DNA from: Thermoleophilia bacterium
Lineage (GTDB): Bacteria > Actinomycetota > Thermoleophilia > UBA2241
NCBI GenBank assembly: GCA_017882325.1
Contig: JADGPQ010000001.1
Location: forward strand, 541 to 64,540
Direction of reading: 5' to 3'
DNA: 64,000 nucleotides
In this document: positions 58,690 through 64,000 of the stretch, piece after piece
How positions within the stretch are numbered: position 1 is the first letter of the stretch
Layout of the letters: each line of letters opens with the position of its first letter
Made by a program: the position numbers and the translations under genes
The notes under the pieces: generated by a model
What the model was told of the DNA's origin: nothing
Databases searched by the model: none
Seen by the model: only the letters and a program-made list of their open reading frames with translations

Positions 58690-59787
58690 GTGAAGGGGAG
58701 GAACTCCTTGATCCACGCAGCAAATGACGTCCGCGACCTCTGTCGCCGCGCGCTCGCCGGTGGCCTGCTCGAAGAGGCCGACCTCGTGACGCTCCTCTCT
58801 GCCCGCGGCGATGCCGCCGAGGTCCTGTTCGCCGCGGCGCGCGAGGTTCGCGCCCGGCGTTTCGGCGCCGTGGTCTTTCTCTACGGTTTCGTGTACTTCT
58901 CGACCTACTGCCGCAACGAGTGCGCCTTCTGCTTCTACCGCGTCGACAACGACGAGAGCCCGCGCTATCGCAAGTCCCTGGACGAGGTCGTCTCCATCTG
59001 CCGCGACCTCGCGGGCTCCGGGGTCGTCCTGCTCGACCTCACCATGGGCGAAGACCCGGTCATCCACGACGACCCCGGCTACGCCGGACTTCTCGAGCTC
59101 GTCGCGGCCGTGTGCGACGGTGGCGGGCTACCGGTCATGGTCTCGCCGGGCGTTGTGCCCGACGAGGTGCTCGCAGGTCTCCGTGCCTGCGGCGCGGACT
59201 GGTACGCGTTGTACCAGGAGACGCACAGTCCGGAGCTGTACGAGCGCCTGCGGACCGGGCAGTCGTTCGCGGCGCGGATCGCCGCGCGCCGCGCGGCTCG
59301 GCGCGCCGGTCTGCTCGTCGAGGACGGCATCCTCACGGGTATCGGCGACACGGAGGCAGACCGCGCCCGTTCCATCGCGGCGATGCGCGAGGCCGCCTGG
59401 GAGCAGGTCCGGGTCATGACGTTCGTGCCGCAGGTGGGCACGCCGCTGGCCGATGTGCGGCCGGCCGCAGACGAGGCCGAGCTGCTCGCCATCGCGGCGA
59501 TGCGTCTGGCCATGCCCCGTTCTCTGATCCCGGCGTCTCTCGACGTCGACGGCATCCGCGGTCTCGAGCGGCGCCTGAACGCGGGCGCCAACGTGGTGAC
59601 CTCCATCGTGCCACCGATCGTCGGCCTGGCCGGCGTGTCGCAGGCCGAGCTCGACATCGACGAGGGGCGCCGGACGGTGGCGGAAGTGCTGCCGCACCTC
59701 GCACGGCTGGGGCTCCGCTCGGGGACGGTCACCGAGTATCGCGCCTGGCTCGCTGCGGCGCACGAGGGCGTCGAGGTCCCGGCGTGA
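58690..59787 (+). CDS. pylB: radical SAM enzyme PylB-like (3-methylornithine synthase, lysine mutase)
   Basis: near-collinear match to Methanosarcina PylB: FVYFSTYCRNECAFCFY, LDLTMGEDP, ALYQETHSPELYERLRTGQSF, VEDGILTGIGDT, VRVMTFVPQVGTPL, LIPASLDVDGIRGLERRLNAGANVVTSIVPP; start GTG 58690 or TTG 58708 (GGGGAGG RBS). Confidence 0.85.
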   Translation: MKGRNSLIHAANDVRDLCRRALAGGLLEEADLVTLLSARGDAAEVLFAAAREVRARRFGAVVFLYGFVYFSTYCRNECAFCFYRVDNDESPRYRKSLDEVVSICRDLAGSGVVLLDLTMGEDPVIHDDPGYAGLLELVAAVCDGGGLPVMVSPGVVPDEVLAGLRACGADWYALYQETHSPELYERLRTGQSFAARIAARRAARRAGLLVEDGILTGIGDTEADRARSIAAMREAAWEQVRVMTFVPQVGTPLADVRPAADEAELLAIAAMRLAMPRSLIPASLDVDGIRGLERRLNAGANVVTSIVPPIVGLAGVSQAELDIDEGRRTVAEVLPHLARLGLRSGTVTEYRAWLAAAHEGVEVPA

Positions 59788-61028
59788 GACTCCTGGTCGT
59801 CGGCGGCAAGCTGCAGGGTACCGAGGCCGTCTACCTGGCGGCGAAGGCCGGCTGGGAGACCGTTCTCGTCGACCGCCGGGAGGCTGCTCCGGCAGCGGGG
59901 CTCGCCGACCGACACGTGGTAGCGGACATCGTCGCCCACGACTCCCTCGCGAAGACATTGGTCAGCGCCTGCGACGCCGTGTTGCCGGCCTGCGAAGACC
60001 TGGGGACGCTGGAGTGGCTCGCTGAACGCGTGCCAGCCTGGGGCGTCCCCCTTCTCTTCGACCTCGACGCATACCGCGTCAGCGAGTCCAAGCTGGCCTC
60101 GCTGAGGCTGTTCGAGGCACTCGATGTGTCGCGGCCCGTCCCGTGGCCGGCCTGCGGCTTTCCGGCGGTCGTGAAGCCCGACTCGGCGAGCGGCAGTGAG
60201 GGCGTGTCAGTGGTCGAGGACGAAGCCGAGCTCTCGGCCGCGCTCGCGTGCCTCGCGGCCGGAGGGCACCGGCCGGTGGTCGAGGAATACGTCGCCGGGC
60301 CGTCCCTATCGCTCGAGGTGCTGGCCTGGGACGGCAACGCCGTCCCGCTGCAGATCACCGGCTTGGAGTTCGACGCCCTCTACGACTGCAAGCGCGTCGT
60401 GGCGCCGGTCGGCGAGGCCGAGGCCGGAGGGCCTTCGGCCGCCGGCCCCGCCGGCCCGGGCGCGTGGGCTCACGCCGTCGCGCCTGGCACGCTTGCGGGC
60501 TTCGCCGACGCGGCCGCGCGTCTCGCGGCCGGCCTGGGCCTGAACGGGCTGATGGACGTGGAGGTGATGGTGCGCGGTCTCGAGCCCAAGGTGCTCGAGA
60601 TCGACGCTCGCCTCCCGAGCCAGACGCCGACCGCGGTGTACTGGTCCAGCGGGCTCAACATCGTCGAGCTGCTACTCGAGACGGTTCGCTGCGGCGCCCT
60701 CCCACTGGTCGACCGCAGGTCGCGCCGCGCTTGTGTCTACCAGCACGTCCATGCTCACGATGGTTTGCTGGAGGTCGCCGGCGAGCATGTGATGGGGAGC
60801 GCAGCACCTCTGCAGCTGGTGGAAGGCTTCTTCGGCGTGGACGAAGCACTCACCGACTATCGTCCCGGAGCGCGCGCTTGGGCGGCCACGTTGATCGCCA
60901 CGGGCGCGGACGTCGAAGGGGCCCAGGCGGTGGCCGACGAGGCCACGAGGGAGCTGTCGCGCTGCGAGAGGCTCGACCTGATCCTCGAGTCTGAGAGACT
61001 GGCGCGTACAGAGGCGACGAGGCCGTGA
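59784..61028 (+). CDS. pylC: ATP-grasp ligase PylC-like (3-methylornithine--L-lysine ligase)
   Basis: LVVGGKLQGTEAVYLAAKAG, FDLDAYRVSESK, SLEV, and LKVLEIDARLPSQTPTAVYWSSGLNIVELL match PylC; GTGA overlap with pylB. Confidence 0.85.
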   Translation: MRLLVVGGKLQGTEAVYLAAKAGWETVLVDRREAAPAAGLADRHVVADIVAHDSLAKTLVSACDAVLPACEDLGTLEWLAERVPAWGVPLLFDLDAYRVSESKLASLRLFEALDVSRPVPWPACGFPAVVKPDSASGSEGVSVVEDEAELSAALACLAAGGHRPVVEEYVAGPSLSLEVLAWDGNAVPLQITGLEFDALYDCKRVVAPVGEAEAGGPSAAGPAGPGAWAHAVAPGTLAGFADAAARLAAGLGLNGLMDVEVMVRGLEPKVLEIDARLPSQTPTAVYWSSGLNIVELLLETVRCGALPLVDRRSRRACVYQHVHAHDGLLEVAGEHVMGSAAPLQLVEGFFGVDEALTDYRPGARAWAATLIATGADVEGAQAVADEATRELSRCERLDLILESERLARTEATRP

Positions 61029-61831
61029 CAAGACTCACCGCAGAAGAAGTGACAACGCTCACCGACCGGTTGGGCGAGTTCGAGGCCGGGCTCAGGGAGA
61101 TCACCGGCCTCGGGCTGCGCGAGCTCGCCATGAGGACGGTCGCGCATCCGCCGGTCTGCGTGCCCCTCTACGGCGCGCGCGTGGCGGCGGTGCCGGTTAC
61201 CAGTGGAGAGGGCGTCATCCGTGGTTTCAGCGACTGCGTGGGGGCGATCCTCCGCCATCTCGGCTGCGACGCCTGGGTGACGGCGCAGCCCGACCTACGC
61301 GGCGTACAGGAGGCGTACGACGGGGCGGCGGAGGTGGTCTTCCTCGCCGATGACTTTCGTTTCGTCGCCCTGAACACTGGTGAGCGTCGCTGCGTGGACA
61401 ACGACCCGGCCACGGCCGACGGCTACGCGACCGCGCTCGAGGCGGCGGCCGGCAGCCTCCTCAGCCGGCACGTCCTTCTTCTCGGGCTCGGTCCAGTCGG
61501 CCGCGGGGCCGCGCGGCGTCTGGTGAGCCGCGGCGCCGCGGTCGAGGTCGTGGAGCCCGACCGGGCGCGACTTCGCGCCGCGCTCGACGTCGGGCTCAAG
61601 CTGCAGCCGGTGACGCTTGCCGACGGTCTCGAGCGCTGCGACCTCATCTTCGACGCCACTCCTTCCGGAGGCTTCATCGATGCCGGCGACGTGACCCCCT
61701 TCACCGTCGCGGCCGTCCCGGGCCTTCCGTCCGCCTTCACTCCGGCTGCCCAGGCCGCGCTCGGCGCGCGTCATATCCACGAGCCGCTGGCCGTCGGCGT
61801 CGCCGTCATGGTGGCACGGGCCCTCGTCTGA
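61025..61831 (+). CDS. pylD: PylD-like dehydrogenase (3-methylornithyl-N6-lysine dehydrogenase, pyrrolysine synthase)
   Basis: AAVPVTSGEGVI, VVFLADDFRFVALN, LLLGLGPVG, IFDATPSGG, AAVPGLPSAF, IHEPLAVGVAVM match PylD; GTGA overlap with pylC. Confidence 0.85.
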   Translation: MTRLTAEEVTTLTDRLGEFEAGLREITGLGLRELAMRTVAHPPVCVPLYGARVAAVPVTSGEGVIRGFSDCVGAILRHLGCDAWVTAQPDLRGVQEAYDGAAEVVFLADDFRFVALNTGERRCVDNDPATADGYATALEAAAGSLLSRHVLLLGLGPVGRGAARRLVSRGAAVEVVEPDRARLRAALDVGLKLQPVTLADGLERCDLIFDATPSGGFIDAGDVTPFTVAAVPGLPSAFTPAAQAALGARHIHEPLAVGVAVMVARALV

Positions 61832-61873
61832 GAGGTCCCACGTCTCTGCCGCGCGGCTGCCGGCGCGCCGTTG

Positions 61874-61879
61874 TAGAAT
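61874..61879 (+). promoter_or_regulatory. -10-like TAGAAT (TTGTAGAATC) 10 nt upstream of tRNA-Pyl 5' end
   Basis: same 10-mer TTGTAGAATC occurs at 17507-17516 upstream of M42 peptidase gene. Confidence 0.35.
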
Positions 61880-61889
61880 CATGGCGTGC

Positions 61890-61962
61890 GGGGGGTCGAT
61901 CGGAAGGATCAGCGTGGGCTCTAAACCCACGTAGGCGGGTGTGACTCCCGCACTCCCCGCCA
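61890..61962 (+). tRNA. pylT: tRNA-Pyl (amber suppressor, anticodon CUA), CCA encoded
   Basis: manual fold: acceptor GGGGGGT/ACTCCCC (one G-U), single nt before D arm, D stem GATC/GATC with 5-nt loop, 6-bp anticodon stem CGTGGG/CCCACG, loop CTCTAAA, 3-nt variable loop TAG, T arm GCGGG-TGTGACT-CCCGC, discriminator G; all atypical features match known tRNA-Pyl. Confidence 0.85.
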
Positions 61963-62037
61963 CTCACGTCTCCGGCGCGGACGGGCGTGGCGCGGCGAGC
62001 GGCCGGAGCTGTGCACGGGCGCCACGCGGGAGGGGAC

Positions 62038-62489
62038 ATGGTCGAGGACCGCAAGGAGCGCGTCGACCGCGAGCTCATCGAGCTGCTCAACGAGATCCGC
62101 GTCGTCCTGCCTGGGGCCCAGGTGCTGTTCGCCTTCCTGCTCAGCCTCCCGTTCCTGGCCCGTTTCGATCTGCTCACGCGGATCGATCGTGATGCTTACT
62201 ACGCCGCCTTCCTCTGCACAGCGGTGGGACGATCATATCGATGGCGCCTTCCGCGAATCATCGGCTGCGCTTTCGCGAATCCGACAAGGAACCGATGCTC
62301 CTCTGGTTCAACAGGCTGGTCCTGGTCGGCTCGGCATTCCTGGCCGCGGCGATCGCATTGGCCGTCTTCGTGGTGACGGACATGCTCTTCGACCAAAGCG
62401 CGGCGGCACTCCTGGCGGCGCTCATCGCCGCCTGGGTCGTGATCGTGTGGTACTTGGCGCCGCTCTGGCAGCGGCACTCCGCGGAGTAG
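62038..62489 (+). pseudogene. actinobacterial conserved membrane protein (DUF6328-like) disrupted by a 1-nt frameshift
   Basis: two ORFs (61987-62376 and 62241-62489) together reconstruct one family-like protein (ELLNEIRVVLPGAQVLFAFLLSLPF ... APSANHRLRFRESDKE ... VFVVTDMLF); frames switch near 62224-62232 within a GGTGGG run. Confidence 0.5.
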
Positions 62490-62529
62490 CCGCCGCGGAT
62501 CTACGCTGCCACCGACGCGGGCGGCGCCG

Positions 62530-63447
62530 TCAGTCCGACGAGAACGTTACGGGGATGCGGACTTCGTTCTGGCGTGAGCCGTCCTCCATCGACTGGCTGT
62601 AGACGATGAGCGCACCGCTCTGTGCCGTCGTGCTGAACGAGACCGTCGTGCGGAAGCGTCCGCGCCCGGGCGCGCCGGCGAACGCCTGCACCTGCCTGCG
62701 GACGAGGCTGTGGCCGGCGGCGTCGACGAGCCGTGCCGCGAAACTGCCCTCGAAGACGCTGGCCGTCCCGTTGAGCGCGAAGGGGCTGGACAGCACTGCG
62801 CCGACGCCGGGGGTCTCGACGAAGATGGCGGGCTCGAAGGCGCGCCAGTCGGCGCGCGACTGCTTGGCGAGGATCAGACCGAGGTCGCTGCCCGGCGCGA
62901 TCTCGACGAGGCCTCCGGCAAGCGTGATGTCCACGGCCCTGATCGTGGGGAACCGGGTGAGCGTGTAGACGACCTGCGCGACGCGCTCCTGCCACGAGAG
63001 GTCGCTGCCGCCCGCGACGAAGCGCCCAGGGAGGTCGACCCGCGCAGTCGTGCCGTCGATAGAGAGGCCGAGGAGGCGGACCCCGGTCGGCACGGCGCTC
63101 GTCAGGCCGGCGGCCTGCTCGGCTGCCGTGGGGCCGGTGAGCAGGGCCTTCAGCGCCGCCGTCGCCGGCATCGTGGTCTGCGGGACGCGACGCTGCGCTG
63201 AGCCGAGCTTGCCGCCGCGCAGGAAGTACAGGGAAATCGTGGTCGCAGGCTGCGGGGTGGCCGTGGGCGCCGTCGTGGGACTTGGAGATGCCGAGGGTGT
63301 CGGCGTCACGGTCACGGTGGCCGTGGGGGCGGGCGATGAGCCGCCGGAGGAGTCGCCACAGGCGGCCAGCCCGGCGGCCGCCAGCGCGCTCGCAACGGCC
63401 AGCACCAGCGTCGTCCGCGCGAATCTGGATGTGGCACGTCGTCTCAT
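62530..63447 (-). CDS. lipoprotein with GerMN / Gmad2-like domains
   Basis: signal peptide plus lipobox LAAC, low-complexity Pro/Thr/Ser linker, GerMN-like C-terminal region. Confidence 0.6.
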   Translation of the reverse strand: MRRRATSRFARTTLVLAVASALAAAGLAACGDSSGGSSPAPTATVTVTPTPSASPSPTTAPTATPQPATTISLYFLRGGKLGSAQRRVPQTTMPATAALKALLTGPTAAEQAAGLTSAVPTGVRLLGLSIDGTTARVDLPGRFVAGGSDLSWQERVAQVVYTLTRFPTIRAVDITLAGGLVEIAPGSDLGLILAKQSRADWRAFEPAIFVETPGVGAVLSSPFALNGTASVFEGSFAARLVDAAGHSLVRRQVQAFAGAPGRGRFRTTVSFSTTAQSGALIVYSQSMEDGSRQNEVRIPVTFSSD

Positions 63448-63564
63448 GTTCCACCTCGAGTCGTCACGCGTCTGACTTCACCTTTCGCCGCCGCCGATGC
63501 GGCCTCCTGCCGCCGACCTGCGCGGTCCGACGCGCTCCCCGGCCGTGCTACACTCGCACTCCCC

Positions 63565-63891
63565 ATGCCCACCGACCCCAACAAGGCGCGGTACTACCGC
63601 AAACAGGTCCCGCTCTTCCGCCTCGTCGACAAGCTCAAGCTGTGGCCGTCGCGGCGCGGCATCCTCCACGGCATCAAGGAGTTCGACGAGCGCGGCTCCT
63701 ACGCCGTGGTGATCACCCACTGCAACAAGCGCATGGTGGTGCACGACTCCAAGAAGAGCCGCGCCGCACGCTGGCTGCGCAACAAGTGGTACGCGGAAGC
63801 CTGCCCGAAGTGCCGCATTCCCGAGTGGAAACTGCAGAAGTACGCGGCGACGCACTTCAAGCGCGGCTACGGCTCGCATTTGCACGACTGA
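63565..63891 (+). CDS. pylSn: PylSn (N-terminal tRNA-Pyl-binding domain of split pyrrolysyl-tRNA synthetase)
   Basis: LWPSRRGILHGIKEF...HCNKRMVVHDSKKSRAARWLRNKWYAEACPKCRIPE matches PylRS N-domain (LWMSRTGTIHKIKHH...SRTARALRHHKYRKTCKRCRV), Zn-binding Cys/His conserved; 108 aa. Confidence 0.8.
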   Translation: MPTDPNKARYYRKQVPLFRLVDKLKLWPSRRGILHGIKEFDERGSYAVVITHCNKRMVVHDSKKSRAARWLRNKWYAEACPKCRIPEWKLQKYAATHFKRGYGSHLHD

Positions 63892-64000
63892 TCGGCGTCA
63901 AAGCAGCCGCCAGCTTTCGGGCCGCAGCTGGACGGACTCGGGCGCGAGCAGGACCTTGTCGAGCGCGACGAGCAGGGCCTGCTTGTCCTGCGGCAGCCGC

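Noticed and set aside
61987-62489. Two separate small genes (129 aa and 82 aa) downstream of pylT
   Set aside because: The first ORF's C-terminal tail is Arg/Trp/Ser-rich nonsense and the second ORF's N-terminus continues the protein family. They are best explained as one gene with a 1-nt frameshift.
63898-64000. Partial minus-strand ORF ending at 63898 as candidate pylSc
   Set aside because: Its C-terminal residues (..LDKVLLAPESVQLRPESWRLL) do not resemble the PylRS C-terminus, and it is too short in-window to call.

Overview
This 64 kb window has about 68-70% GC and looks bacterial: AGGAGG-type ribosome-binding sites, frequent GTG/TTG starts, translationally coupled ATGA/GTGA gene overlaps, and an actinobacterial-type (Rubrobacter/Thermoleophilia-like) gene repertoire. 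The taxonomic placement is inference only. I can support about 65 protein genes and two tRNAs. The modules, in order, are:

(1) A putative beta-hydroxy-acid catabolic island: SDR, two L-carnitine-dehydrogenase-like HBD dehydrogenases, a BKACE beta-keto-acid cleavage enzyme, cyclase, cupin, two IclR regulators and a Liv-type ABC transporter.
(2) A flavoprotein, 5-formyl-THF cyclo-ligase, a V4R-GGDEF diguanylate cyclase, rlmH and argS.
(3) An orphan BlaI/CopY-like repressor, M42 and M55 peptidases, tRNA-Gly(CCC), a standalone ImmA/IrrE peptidase, feoB and a DtxR-FeoA fusion.
(4) Trehalose genes treT and otsA next to a GT4 glycosyltransferase that is co-transcribed with an orphan N4/N6 DNA methyltransferase.
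(5) larC, a C1-folate cluster (fhs, cyclodeaminase-like, folD) and a NuoE + NuoF-GltD fusion flavoprotein pair.
(6) An Lrp-regulated permease, a lower-GC two-gene islet, patA with a divergent tetR, cspA and gatCAB.
(7) A homocitrate-synthase/homoaconitase/homoisocitrate-dehydrogenase-like module.
(8) A tungsten-type aldehyde:ferredoxin oxidoreductase with its ferredoxin and MoaD-like partners.
(9) Most notable: a pyrrolysine (22nd amino acid) module. It comprises pylB-pylC-pylD (translationally coupled), a textbook tRNA-Pyl (CUA anticodon, 6-bp anticodon stem, 3-nt variable loop) and a separate pylSn gene. The PylRS catalytic half (pylSc) is not visible inside the window.

TAG is nevertheless used as an ordinary stop by at least 8 genes here. 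The many long overlapping or antisense ORFs in the six-frame track are high-GC artefacts.
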